Shown: positions 1 to 13,838 of the stretch, piece by piece
Layout of the letters: each line of letters begins with the position of its first letter
Position numbering within the stretch: position 1 is the first letter of the stretch
Assembly: GCA_965203295.1 (NCBI GenBank)
Contig: CBDBCZ010000018.1
Location: forward strand, 2,208,001 to 2,272,000
Direction: 5' to 3'
Source: Nitrospirales bacterium
GTDB taxonomy: Bacteria > Nitrospirota > Nitrospiria > Nitrospirales > UBA8639
Length of the DNA stretch: 64,000 bases
Made by a program: the position numbers and the translations under genes
The notes under the pieces: generated by a model
What the model saw: the letters and a program-made list of their open reading frames with translations, nothing else
What the model was told of the DNA's origin: nothing
Databases searched by the model: none

Positions 1-3000
1 ATTTTAAATAAAATCCTTCTTTCCTAATCTGCAAACTAACATCAACCAAACTAAACAAGCCTTTGAATAACCAGTTCCTTTCTTGAACATTGATACTTCC
101 TAAGCATGTATTGAATCTGACTAATATCATTCAAACAAAACAAGCCTTTAAATAACCAGCTCTTTTTCTAAATAGTTCGGAAGGGTCAGATAAATGGTAG
201 CTAGTAACTTTGGCTTAAAGTCTTTGCTAGAGACCAACAAAACTAACAATTTTCAATAAAATCCTTCTTTCCTAATCTTCAGGCTAACATCAAAAAACTA
301 AACAGGCCTTTGAATAACCAGTTCTTTTTCTAAACAGTTGGGAAGGGTCAGAAAAATGGTAGCTAGTTACTTTGGCTTAAAGTCTTTGCTAGAGACCAAC
401 AAAACTAACAATTTTCAATAAAATCCTTCTTTCCTAATCTTCAGACTAACATCATTCAAACTAAACAAGCCTTTGAATAACCAGTTCTTTTCCTAAACAG
501 TTAGGAAGGGTCAGATGAATGGTAGCTAGTTACTTTGGCTGAAAGTCTTTGCCTGAGACAAACAAAACTAACAATTTTCAATAAAATCCTTCTTTCCTAA
601 TCTTCAGACAAACATCAACCAAACTAAACAAGCCTTTGAATAACCAGTTCCTTTCTTGAAAATCGACACTTCTTAAACATGTATTGTATTCGACTAACAT
701 CATTAAAACTAATCAAGCCTTTGAATAACCAGTTCTTTTCCTAAACAGCTGGGAAGAGTCAGATCAATGGTAGCTAGTTACTTTGGCTCAAAGTCTTTGC
801 TAGAGACCAACAAAACTAACGATTTTCTATAAAATACTTCTTTCCTTATCTGCAGACTAACATCAAGCAAACTAAACAAGCCTTTGAATAACCAGTTCCT
901 TTCTTGAACTTCGATACTTCCTAAGCATGTATTGTATCTGACTAACATCATTCAAACTAAACAAGCCTTTGAATAACAAGTTCTTTTCCTAAACAGTTGG
1001 GAAGGGTCAGATCAATGGTAGCCAGTTACATGTACTTTGGCTGAAAGTCCTTGCCTGAGACCAACAAAAACTAACAATTTTCAATAAAATCATTCTTTCC
1101 TAATCTTCAGACTAACATCAACCAAACAAAACAAGCCTTTGAATAACCAGTTCCTTTCTTGAACATCGATACTTCCTAAGCGTGTGTTGTATCTGACAAA
1201 CATCATTCAAACTAAACAAGCCTTTGAATAACCAGTTCTTTTCCAAAACAGTTGTTAAGGGTCAGATCAATGGTAGCCAGTTACTTTGGCTGAAAGTCTT
1301 TGCCTGAGACCAACAAAACTAACAATTTTAGATAAAATCCTTCTTTCCTAATTTTCAGGCTAACATCAACAAAACTAAACAGGCCTTTGAATAACCAGCT
1401 CTTTTTCTAAACAGTTGGGAAGGGTCAGATAAATGGTAGCAAGTTACTTTGGCTTAAAGTCTTTGCTATAGACAAAAAAACTAACAATTTTAAATAAAAT
1501 CCTTCTTTCCTAATCTTCAGACTAACATCAACCAAACTAAACAAGCCTTTGAATAACCAGTTCCTTTCTTGAACATTGATACTTCCTAAGTATGTATTGT
1601 ATCTGACTAATATCATTCAAACAAAACAAGCCTTTGAATAACCAGCTTATTTTCTAATTAGTTCGGAAGGGTCAGATCAATGGTAACTAGTAACTTTGGC
1701 TTAAAGTCTTTGCTAGAGAGCAACAAAACTAACAATTTTCAATAAAATCCTTCTTTCCTAATCTTCAGGCTAACATCAACAAAACTAAAAAGGCCTTTGA
1801 ATAACCAGTTCTTTTCTAAACAGTTAGGAAGGGTCAGAAAAATGGTAGCTAGTTACTTTGGCTTAAAGTTTTTGTTAGAGACCAACAAAACTAACAATTT
1901 TCAATGAATCCTTCTTTCCTAATCTTCAGAATAACATCATTCAAACTAAACAAGCCTTTGAATAACCAGTTCTTTTTCTAAACAGTTGGGAAGGGTCAGA
2001 TCAATGGTAGCTAGTGACTTTGGCTTAAAGTCTTTGCCAGAGACCAACAAATCTAACAATTTTCAATGAAATCCTTCTTTCCTAAGCTTCAGACTAACAT
2101 CAACCAAACTAAACAAGCCTTTGAATAACCAGTACCGGTCTTGAACATCGATACTTCCTAAGCATGTATTGTATCCGACTAACATCACTCAAACTAAACA
2201 AGCTATAAAATCTTAAAAAAATTTCTTTCCTAGACAGTTGGGAAGGGTCAGATCAATGGTAGCTAGATGTTTTGACTGAAAGTTTCCTGAGACCAATAAA
2301 GCTAAAATTGTACCAATTATTAGTGAAAACCCTTACTTTCTAAGCATGTATGTATTGTATCCGACAAACATCATTTATATTAAACAAATGATTGAATCAT
2401 AAACCAGTTCCTTTCCAAGACAGTTGGGAGGGGTCAGATCAATGGTAGCTAGATACTTTGGCTGAAAGTCTTTACCTGAGACCAACAAAACTAACAATTT
2501 TCAATAAAATCCTCCTTTCCTAATCTTCAGACTAACATCAACTAAACTAAACAAGCCTTTGAATAACCAGTTCCTTTCTTGAACATCGATACTTCCTAAA
2601 CATGTATTGTATCCGACTAACATCATTCAAACTAAACAAGCCTTTGAATAACCAGTTCTTTTTCTAAACAGTTGGGAAGGGTCAGATCAATGGTAGCTAG
2701 TTACTTTGGCTCAAAGTCTTTGCTAGAGACCAACAAAACTAACGATTTTCAATAAAATTCTTCTTTACTAATCTTCAGACTAACATCAACCAAACTAAAC
2801 AAGCCTTTGAATAACCACTTCCTTTCTTGAAAATTGATACTTCCTAAGCATGTATTGTATCTGACTAATATAATTCAAACAAACAAACCCTTGAATAACC
2901 AGCACTTTTTCTAAATAGTTCGGAAAGGTAAGATCAATGGTAGCTAGTAACTTTGGCTTAAAGTCATTGCAAGAGACCAACAAAACTAACAATTTTCAAT

Positions 3001-4991
3001 AAAATCCTTCTTTCCTAATCTTAAGACTAACATCAACCAAACTAAACAAGCCTTTGAATAACCAGTTCCTTTCTTGAACAGCGATACTTCCTAAACATGT
3101 ATTGTATCCGACCAACATCATTAAAACTAATCAAGCCTTTGAATAACCAGTTCTTTTCCTAAACAGTTGGGAAGGGTCAGATCAATGGTAGCTAGTTACT
3201 TTGGCTCATAGTCTTTGCTAGAGACCAACAAAACTAACAATTTTCATTAAAATCCTTCTTTCCTAATCTTCAGACTAACATAAACGAAACTAAAAAAGCC
3301 CTTAAATAACAAGTTCCTTTCTTGAACATCGATACTTCCTCAGCGTGTATTGTATCTGACTAACATCATTCAAACTAAACAAGCCTTTGAATAACCAGTT
3401 CTTTTTTAAACAGTTGGGAAGAGTCAGATCAATGGTAGCTAGTGACTTTGGCTTAAAGTCTTTGCCAGAGACCAACAAATCTAACAATTTTCAATGAAAT
3501 CCTTCTTTCCTAATCTTCAGACTAACATCAACCAAACTAAACAAGCCTTTGAATAACCAGCTCCGGTCTTGAACATCGATACTTCCTAAGCATGTATTGT
3601 ATCCGACTAACATCATTCAAACTAAACAAGCTATTGAATCTTAAAACAATTTCTTTCCTAGACAGTTGGGAAGGGTCAGATCAATGGTTGCTAGTTGTTT
3701 TGACTGAAAGTTTCCTGAGACCAATAAAGCTAAAATTGTACCAATTATTAGTGAAAACCCTTACTTTCTAAGCATGTATGTATTGTATCTGACAAACATC
3801 ATTTAAACTAAACAAATGATTGAATCACAAACCAGTTCCTTTCCAAGACAGTTGGGAGGGGTCAGATCAATGGTAGCTAGATACTTTGGCTGAAAGTCTT
3901 TACCTGAGACCAACAAAAATAACAATTTTCAATAAAATCCTCTTTTCCTAATCTTCAGACTAACATCAACTAAACAAAATAAGCCTTTGAATAACCAGTT
4001 CCTTTCTTGAACATCGATACTTCCTAAACATGTATTGTATCCGACTAACATCATTCAAACTAAACAACCTATTAAATCTTACACCAATTTCTTTCCTAGA
4101 CACTTGGGAAGGGTCCGATCAATGGTAGCTACTTAGTTTTGCTGAAAGTCTTTGCCTGAGACCAATTAAACTGATAATTTTCAGTCAAAACCCTTACTTC
4201 CTAAGTATGTATTGTATCTGACAAACATCATTAAAACTAAACAAGCTATTGAATCTTAAACCAGTTCTCTACTTAGAAAGTTAGGAAGGGTCAGATCAAT
4301 GGTAGCTAGTTGTTTTGACTGAAAGTTTCCTTAGACCAATAAAGCTAAAATTGTACCAATTATTAGTGAAAACCCTTACTTTCAAAGCATGTATGTGTTG
4401 TATCTGACAAACATCATTTAAACTAAACAAATGATTGAATCTTAAACCAGTTCCTTTCCAAGACAGTTGGGAATGGGTCAGACAAATGGTAGCTAGTTAC
4501 TTTGGCTTAAAGTCTTTGCCAGAGACCAACAAAATTAACAATTTTTGAATAAAATCCTTCTTTCCTAATCTTCAGACTAACATCAACCAAACTAAACAAG
4601 CTTTTGAATAACCAGTTCCTTTTTTGAACATCGATACTTCCTTAGCATGTATCGTATATGACTAACATCATTCAAACTAAACAAGCCTTTGAATAACCAG
4701 TTTTTTTTCTAAACAGTTGGGCAGGGTCAGATATATAAAGGTAGCTAGTTACCTTGGCTTAAAGTCTTTGCCAGAGACCAACAAAACTAAAAATAATATT
4801 CTTCTTTCCTAATCTTCAGACTAAAACTAAACAAGCCTTTGAATAACAAGTTCCTTTCTTGAACATCAATACTTCCTAAGAATGTATTGTATTTGACTAT
4901 CATTCAAACTAAACAAGCCTTTGCATAACCAGTTCTTTTCCTAAACAGTTGGGAAGGGTAAGATCAATGGTAGCTTGTTACTTTGGCTTAA
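1..4991. repeat. Tandem satellite array built from ~163-bp and ~249-bp monomers, with a higher-order repeat
   Basis: Anchor AATAAAATCCTTCTTTCCTAATC recurs at about 8, 255, 418, 581, 829, 1083, 1332, 1494, 1741 etc. (spacings ~163 or ~249). The long unit is the short unit plus an ~86-bp module that shares the core GACTAACATCA..AAACTAAACAAGCCTTTGAATAACCAGTTC. Open at the left window edge. Confidence 0.95.
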
Positions 4992-5070
4992 CACTTAGAA
5001 CGCGGAGGGCCAATATATTGGCCCGCTAAGTATGCGTGCGTAGCGTGGAGGGCCAATATATTGGCTGCTT
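4988..5070 (+). mobile_element. Putative piggyBac-like left end inserted at a TTAA in the satellite
   Basis: Satellite consensus TTGGCTTAAAG is cut right after TTAA (4988-4991) and followed by CACTTAGAACG and two copies of GGAGGGCCAATATATTGGC (the first a perfect GGGCCAATATATTGGCCC palindrome). Matching right end not found in the window. Confidence 0.4.
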
Positions 5071-6638
5071 GGCGCTATTGGCTTCTACGTCTGTATAACG
5101 TTTTGATAAGCGCTGATTTTGAGTGCTGATAGTCAGCAGGGGAGTTCCCCTATCTGTAATCAGCCTTTGCTGACGTAGGCTCTAAACAACGAAGCCCTAC
5201 AACCGAAAATACGGCCGAACACGAGATTATAGCCATGGCTGCCGATCGAGACAAGCGCCCAGAACGGCGCGTGGATGCCGCTGCTGTTGTTTCACGCTGC
5301 TTGTGTGGCTGCCTAAGGTTCTCTGGACTACATCTGCATCTTTTTTCGCCGCCTCAGTCTCTAGCAGGGCACTGGATCGCTTGAGATTGGTGGAGCTACT
5401 CGGGTAAGTATGAACCGCCTATTGTAGCCCGCTTTTTATAGCTCTGTTAAGCTATAAACCCAGACGTGAATTTCCATGCCATAGAGTTTGCAGTATTCTC
5501 AATCGCGGCAATGCTGTGAAAATGGCAGTGCTACATGTACGAAAAGCAACTTGTACTGTACCAATCCATTCTCACTACTGTTGATGACAATTGTCCAAGT
5601 GCTGGATTTTCACACAGCAGGTCACATAGAACTTCTCCACAGTAATAAGTGTACGTTACACAGGAGGAAAAGAAAATTATATATCCTTACATATCTCTCT
5701 TCAGAGTGTAGTTTAATCTTACTCAAAATTGTGTGGTAGTGCTAGCAGTTCCCCAGATGCAAAGGCTGGTAAACCACGAGGGGTCCTTATGTCCGCTTCC
5801 ATTTCATCTTGCACTGCTGTACCTACATGTAAGTAAATGCACATGCACAGCAATGTAAAAAAACAAAGGTAAAATTTTATTCATGCGTTGTAATATGGTA
5901 TAATGAGCCTCAGATGTATGCACATGTGGAAAACAAGCTAGAAACCTATCTTCAGAACTACATGACTGGCCGAGTAAGAGAGGCTAGTAACGAAAATGTC
6001 ATAGTTTGTAATTAGGGTGGATTTATCAAGCTCCTTCTTGAGCTTACATGTACATGTACTACAGTGTGTATTGCTGATCAACGTGCGATGAACGCTGTTA
6101 GATTAATTGCTAAGTAAATGAATTATGTATAAAAATGTTATCAGGCAGTTATCTATGGTAGAACAGCAAAATGTTTACATGCACTACAAGAAGCACACTG
6201 AGACTATGCAGAAACAGGAGGAACTGAGTTTAGTCAGAAGCTGTAGTAATACGTAATCAAACTAGCTGTAGACTTTCAGTATAACCACATACAATAAGTA
6301 ATCATAAGTGGCTGCATATCACAATTGTACTTTACCATACAGTTAGTGTCAGTCATAGTAGAAATTACTAGAGCAGTTAACTATCAAAACCACAGCCTCT
6401 TTACTTTGTCAGCAATTAAGTCACTTAGCCTGCTAAAATTTAATGGATTGAATTTAATTGGCCTGTTTTCAGCCCCTGACATCTCAAAATTCATTGCGTC
6501 AGAAATACTGGAATGGGTTCATTATACAAATGAGTATCAAATATACGACTGTACTCACCCAGCATGCTCCATGGCTCTCCCAGCACTGGAACCGACGTCA
6601 TTAGAGACGGCTTTGTCAGCCGCATAACTGTATGCAGT

Positions 6639-7123
<485 letters not shown>

Positions 7124-8039
7124 TGTGTGTGTGTGTGTGTGTGTGTTTGTGTGTGTGTGCGTGTGTGTTGTGTGTGTGTCACATGTGTATGTGTGTATGC
7201 GGTGTTCTAGTTTCACCGAACAGTGAGGACAAAGCTGATATGAGGTTTTGGGGGCCCCAAGGCAAGCCTAATGATTTTGCTATGCCCACGTGTGTGCATG
7301 TATGTTATGATAGATAAAGACAGTCACATGTGTTTGCAGGGGGTGTTTTGGAGTGCACCATGTGTGTGTAGTAGATGCAGTTTAATGCTTCTTTGTGCAC
7401 ACAGGTCTTTGTCTATACATATATGTACTGTCTTTATCAGATTTGAGTGATATAATCAGTAAGCTAAAGCTGATTTTAGCAGCTGAGATAGTATAGCTGT
7501 AGTCAGACCTATCATCAGATATATAATTTTAAAGCAGATTGAATTGGCCAATAAAACAAATGTCAGAAGTAATTCATGGTGTAAACACTCACAGCCAGCA
7601 GCTCATTGGGATCAAACATTGACTCTTTCTTGTCTTCAGCTGCTTTCTTTTCTTCTTTCGCTCTGTAATGAGTCTGTAGGACAACAGGCAGACAGGCACA
7701 CACGTTATCTAATAGGTAACTATTCTGTAGGTCCACACAAGTGGCCCACTACCACATGGAAACATCACTGTGGTCATGTACTTTGATTCTGCAAGAAACA
7801 ATGCGAATGTAGCTAGGTCTACATGATATGTGAACTTAGTTACAGGAAATTACAAAAGTGATTGAGTGTCAGTGTAATAAATTGCCCTACTTGGTACCGT
7901 TTGAAAAATATCTGTGTGATTTCTGTTGGTTGATCGACATGAAGACAGCACGTACATACCAAAACCTTCTCACAACACTGTGTAAGTGATTAAGTTTTTT
8001 TCCTTTCACGATCACAATCTGTACATGTCTATCCAATGA

Positions 8040-9600
8040 ACCATTATTAACAAATTCAATCCACAAAAACTGTAACTTGCAACCCTTGGAATGTCTTTAT
8101 CTCCCCACTTCCGTGTGAATGTACCTGTATCAACCTCTATGGAAAACACCATAACAGCACTCTCCTTTACAAAATTCCTGTACTACATTAATCAATGTTT
8201 GTATGTCCTCAGTATTAGTAATTAAACCTACAAAATCATCAGCAAACACTAGACCCCCAACATATAACATCAGTCTTAATAGTTGTGCCAATCCCAGCCT
8301 TTGTGATCTCATCTAACAACTGATTGGAAAATACATGCAGGATAGGAAACATATTACAACCCGTACCACCCGACCTATATTGAATGATTTGGATTTTAAT
8401 CCCTCCAGTAAAACAGCACTCTGTGCTATGTCATACATAGTCTTAATAATTATCCCTCCACATCCTACCTCTATCACCAAGTTCCCGTAAGCCATTATGC
8501 CAAACTGTGACAAATGCTTTCTGAACATCTAACACGAAAGTGTAAGTGTGTTTTCCTTCCCTAATTGTGCCTTGTATGATTTCATTTCGAGATAAAATGA
8601 TATCAAACCAACTCCTTTTGAAACTCTCTAAATCCTGCCTGACCCTCATGAAGAGCCCTTTCTGATTCTAATCTGATTACTAAGCGGTTATTTAGAATCT
8701 TGCAAAACCTACCACATTTAATAGTGCAATGCCTCTGTAATTACCCGGGTCCTCAGCATCACCTTTTTTATACAAGTTAACAATTGACCCTTGTCTGCGG
8801 AATAGTCTCCTCTGTCCAAACTACTTCATATAAACTTTCAACAGATTAGCCATTCCTTCGCCACCGTACTTAAAAAGCTCCCCAACTAGCCCATCATTAC
8901 CTTCTGCTTTTTATTCTTTAGGCTTTTAGAACATCTTTTAATTTCTGCTTAGCTACCAACCTTGACTATTCCAGCTTATAGTATTCTCTATACCTCAAAG
9001 CCTCATCTACTATCTCAGTAATCTTCAGTACCTCTACACAGTTTCATTTCCCACTCTTGACTCTATATACGTAACCACCACTTAAGTTTGCACTTATTCC
9101 TCCTGCCTTTCAAAGATTCTACCCCTATATCTTCCTTTATTGTTTCATTGCATATTTATTTGAATTTTTAGAAGAGCAGCCAAGTATCTTTTAGCTGCTC
9201 CTACGTAGCTGAATAGATTCTAAAGAAGCTGTCTCCATATTAAGCCAACACTTCACTACCATACTCTATAAAGTGGGGCAAAGTAACAAAATTAACACTC
9301 CAACTGTATTGATATTTCTAAGTTTTTGCTTTCCACTTTTAATTACCCTCTGTACATTATTGTATCATGACCATTATTGACAATTCAATGACCAAATAAC
9401 AGTAACTTGCAACCCTTTTATTTCCCCATTTCCATGTACATGTACCTGAACAATTAACCCCTCTAGAAAAAATAATAAAGGCACTCTTTTTTAATGTTAG
9501 ACTTTAACCTTACCTCAGAAGTAGTAATTACATTAGACCCCCACTCTTATTAACATCATACTTAATAGTTATTCCAATCCCAGCTTTATCTAATTGATAG
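8040..9600 (-). mobile_element. Degenerate non-LTR retrotransposon (LINE, RTE-like RT) fragments
   Basis: Minus-strand GGLVFADDFVGL (RT catalytic motif), LDVQKAF..VWHNGL and KGDAEDPGNYRGIAL motifs; many stops and frameshifts; homologous to the 50.2-51.5 kb copy. Confidence 0.85.
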
Positions 9601-9602
9601 AT

Positions 9603-9915
9603 AAATACAAGTCTATCCATACAGTTCGATATAAACACGTGTTTAGAACCCACATACATGCAAGCCCTCGGTGGCAATCGAGTGTTTGACTCTATTAAAA
9701 ATGGTGGGCCTTACCCTGTTAAATAAGAAAGAGTGGAGAGTAGAAACCGCTTTTGGTATAACTATCAGGTATCCAAATATAAAGGTCGGATTTAGCGATT
9801 GTTAAACCCTGTAAATCGCTAGATTGCAATTTATTTCATTGTACAGACGACAGACAGACAGACAGACAGACAAACAGAGCCAATTGCTTAACCTTGCCGC
9901 ATATGCATGGGGTAA
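9603..9915 (+). mobile_element. Non-autonomous Helentron/DINE-1-like element inserted in the LINE remnant (second copy ~21598-21898)
   Basis: (GACA)n microsatellite followed by CCAATTGCTTAACC and a terminal stem-loop ending GGGGTAA; interrupts RT sequence; related ends at ~43130-43392 and 45513-46045. Confidence 0.55.
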
Positions 9916-12339
9916 AAATGGAAAATAGAATAGGTGACATACTACGTACAACCCTGTTCCACCCCTGGCCTATATCTGATTTTTCTCCATCCAAGGCCAG
10001 AAATGTGGATTATGGTTTATGTTATGGTTAGGAGTAGGTGGGCCTTACCCTGAGCATGCAAACTTAAGGTTCTGTGATGTGCCAGTGAATATGTATGGTC
10101 ATAGGAGGGCATCTACATAATTACAAAGAGAAACTGAGCTAAAAAAGTCAGCTGCCACATGAATACAGCTACATGCTAAGAGCAGAACAAACAAGAGCAT
10201 ATACGTACAAAGAAAGTGACAAGGGTACAGTGAAATGTCTAGTTCGCAGCTTTTGAATCAAACAGACGACTGGTCAAACGTACAATTTAATAACTTCCAC
10301 ACTATAGATCTATGTGTGCATTTTAATAGATCAATAATTATAACATGCCAAGTTCATGGAAACAGGAGGGGCACCTTAACCCTAGAACAGTAGCTACACA
10401 ATCATGCCACTCACATGCCAGTTTGATGTAGCTTCCTGACTGCAACAGATTGCATTTATGTCAGTACAGAAATTTGAAATAGCACTGACCTGTGTGGTAG
10501 AGGTTTGCAAAGCTCAAGTGTAACAGATTGTAATGGGCAAAGGAGTGTTTCTTATATGAAAGGCCTTGCAATTGAAAACATACAACTGTAGAATATTCAT
10601 AGCGTCTGGTTCACTAAAGTAGTTTCACAAGCCAGCCCACTTACATTCTACAGCATCCATCACTTACAGTATTGGCATGTGGAAGAGACATGTGCTGATA
10701 GCCTGATGCTGACACTCTTCCACATGCCATGCTGATACTGAAAGTAATGGTTTGATTCTGTGACTACTACTGAAGTTACCAAGTGCCCTTAACAGAGACA
10801 AGAAAAGTACAAGTGTAGGCCAGAGCAAGTTGTCACCCCACCCCACCCATGCCCCACAGCCCATGCACAGGTGACACTCAATCTACTTCCACAACAAATG
10901 TACACTTGTTTACACAACTGTGTGAACAAACAAATATAACTAGGAGGTAAGATGCAAAAAGCCTTGTGTCAAAGTACCATTGGGTAAGTGTTCTACAAAT
11001 ACCTGTCCAATCCTACTAATGCATTTCTTCTGATTTGAAAGCATGTCCACTTATGCAAGAGGGTCAATGCTCTGTAAGTATACAAACATACTATCATAAG
11101 TAAAGTACAAAGAACTGAAACAATGACAGCTATTTGGGCTTTGTCAGTGCAGTGATGGTGTGCGTAGCACCTAGAGCTGACCAGCAGCTACATACAGCTC
11201 TTAATTTGACTCACACCAGGAAAAGCCTCTATGAATTAAAAGTGAACTAAGGCTCTACTGTAGTTTAGCTTTTCTCTGGTCTCCTAATCCTTCAATTACA
11301 ATAGAAAACTACTGATAAACATAATTTGCTAAATCAACCCAAAAAGTTAGCAACACCCAACAGCCAGACACTGAAGCCAGACACACTAATTTTCTCCAGC
11401 CCAGTTGCCAGGGTAGGCTAAGGTTCCCCAGTGGTTATTGATAATGACAAGATCATCATTGCAGGACATGTCCAACTACCTCTGTGATTGCACATCAACA
11501 TGACTGTTTTCCAAAAGTGCATTTATATATAATATATAAACTATTATATGCACTCATGCTGTTGACAGATATTGGTATTGTCATTACCACGGATCAGCAG
11601 CTGTTTGATAGAGATTCCTTCAGACCCAGTTACTCACTTATTGGTTCAATAAAGTGACACCTGTTAATTCCAAGTTTCAGCTAACTGTGAGACATGATCC
11701 AGCATTGTTCTCAGCTGCTGGTCGACACTAGCTACCAGGAATCCAATACCTGATTCTGTGAAAGTGTTTAGCCAACTACGTACATTGTATACTATTGCAC
11801 CTACGAACAAACTGGTGTGCTTTATTTTTACATTTCAAAAGGACTTACTCTTCCTCTTTATTTTCAAGCTTGTTGAGATTAAAAGCTTCAAAGCCCGCAG
11901 CAGGGTCAAACTTTACAACTTCTGAGTACATTTGACATGTAGTGGTGTTCTGGATCTGAACTTTAAGAAGAATATCATCCTGCGTGGTTTATAATGCAGT
12001 TCATTATTCACAAGCCATCAACTACGTACTATTACGTTGATGTTCTCACCCACCCATTCCCATCAATGCACAACTCCCTTGGTCCAGCTCCCTGGATATT
12101 GGGGGTATCGTCAAATATACTGGGAAGGAGTCAATAGTTCCACCTGTACAATGTGAAGACACAGCTACTGTACACACTGCCAAGTTCATGATAAGTGCTG
12201 CAGTTAGCAGTAACAATAGCAGCAATTAGCGATAGACATTTGTGACTTTCCTGATAAGGAATATAAACGGAGCTGATCTGCTTGGCTGAGTCAGCCATCT
12301 CCTATGCTTATGCATTACATGCATAACTTGTCCTAATAT

Positions 12340-12600
12340 CGCTAGGGTCAAAATAGCTTTCCGACCACATTCAATAGTGTAATGCCTCTGTAATTACCTG
12401 GGTCCTCACATCACCTTTCTATAAAAGCTAATAATCAACCCTTGTCTCTGATGTTTGGAAATACTCTCCCTTATCCAAACTACCTCATACAAGACTATCA
12501 ACAGATTAGCCATTCTTTTCTCCCCATACTTAAAAAACTCCCCTCATTACCTCCCGTTTTATTACTTTTAAGAACACCTTTTGAGCATTCAAACTTAAGG
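12340..12600 (-). mobile_element. LINE RT fragment (duplicate at ~24220-24470)
   Basis: Reverse strand reads KGDV..PGNYRGIT-like and GE(F)FKYGEK-like, homologous to 8700-8940 and 50700-50910. Confidence 0.75.
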
Positions 12601-13817
12601 TTCTGTGATGTGCTAGTGAATATGTATGGTCATAAGAGGGTATGTACATACATTTACAAAGAGAAACTGAGCTAAACAAGTCAGTTGCCACATGATTACA
12701 GGTACGTACATGCCAAGAGCTGGACAAACAAGAGCATATACGTACGAAGAAAGTGACAAGGGTATAGTGAAATGTCAAGTTCGCAGTTTTTGAATCAAAC
12801 AGACGACTGGTCAAACGTACAATTTAATAACTTCCACACGATGTATGTGTGCATTTTAATACATGAGTATGTTGTTTAGTAATTATAAACCAACAAGTCA
12901 CCCATAGAGGTGGTCTTTCAAGAGTTCCAGTGTTACTCTAAGCTTTTGTTGGGCTACATTGGGATACACACAAGCTGCAAAGCAACAGACCTACATTTGC
13001 ATAGTTCTAGTCACTTGGAAGGCACCACCACAGTGTACAAACTCCATCTACTTTGGCAGTGCCTTTCAAGCCAGGGTATACACATCCATATACCCTAGGG
13101 TACATGAGGGTTGCTGGGCAACTGTGATAGACTGTTCTACAAACTGTGAAACAATTAGCTGGCAAACCAGTTCATATGGGAAAATTAAGCTGTAGACTAC
13201 TTCTTATTACATTCAGTAGAGTTATTCTAAGGTAGCTGCATGTTCAAAATGTAATAAATTGTTCCCCTTTTTTGCAAAAACTACAAAAGTGACCCATAGC
13301 ACTACACAAGTCCACATACAAAGCACCAAGCCAGAGCAACTATTTAATGCAGAAATCACCCAAACACCAGCTCATGTGGGAAATACAAACTGTAGAATGC
13401 TTCCTATTACATAGAGTAGAGTCAATCCAAGGTAATTGCACGTTAGTAATTAAACAAAGTGTTTCCTTTTCCGCAAAAGCTACAAAAGTGACTCATAGTA
13501 CTACACGTTTCCATAGTAAGCACCAAACTAGAGCAAGCATATAATGCAATCTCTGGTTTTGGTAGTTACATGCACTTGCTAGTTAATAGAAATATTATAT
13601 ATTATATCTATTGTTATTCGGAGCAACTGGAATCAAGATAGCCAGGATCATAAGGCAACGTTACATGTATTTTATTACGATGTATATTCTGACTTGTATT
13701 ACTATAATTACACGTCATTCCTGCAATTTTTCTTTACGATTAATTACTAAACTTATGCAAGACAATTATGAGGAATCTGACAAACGTTTTGCAAGGTTCT
13801 TACACCAGATCTTGCAG

Positions 13818-13838
13818 TAGTCTCGATACGCGAGGCTA
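13818..13838. mobile_element. 21-bp minimal TAG..CTA palindromic element with perfect 9-bp TSD
   Basis: ATCTTGCAG-[TAGTCTCGATACGCGAGGCTA]-ATCTTGCAG; also present in duplicate copy 2. Confidence 0.75.

Noticed and set aside
1..4991. Satellite as a CRISPR array or coding repeat (ORFs 1425-1616, 2795-2992, 3302-3487)
   Set aside because: Sequences between the conserved cores are themselves repeated, not unique spacers; no cas genes; stops occur in the frames examined and the 163-bp unit is not a multiple of three.
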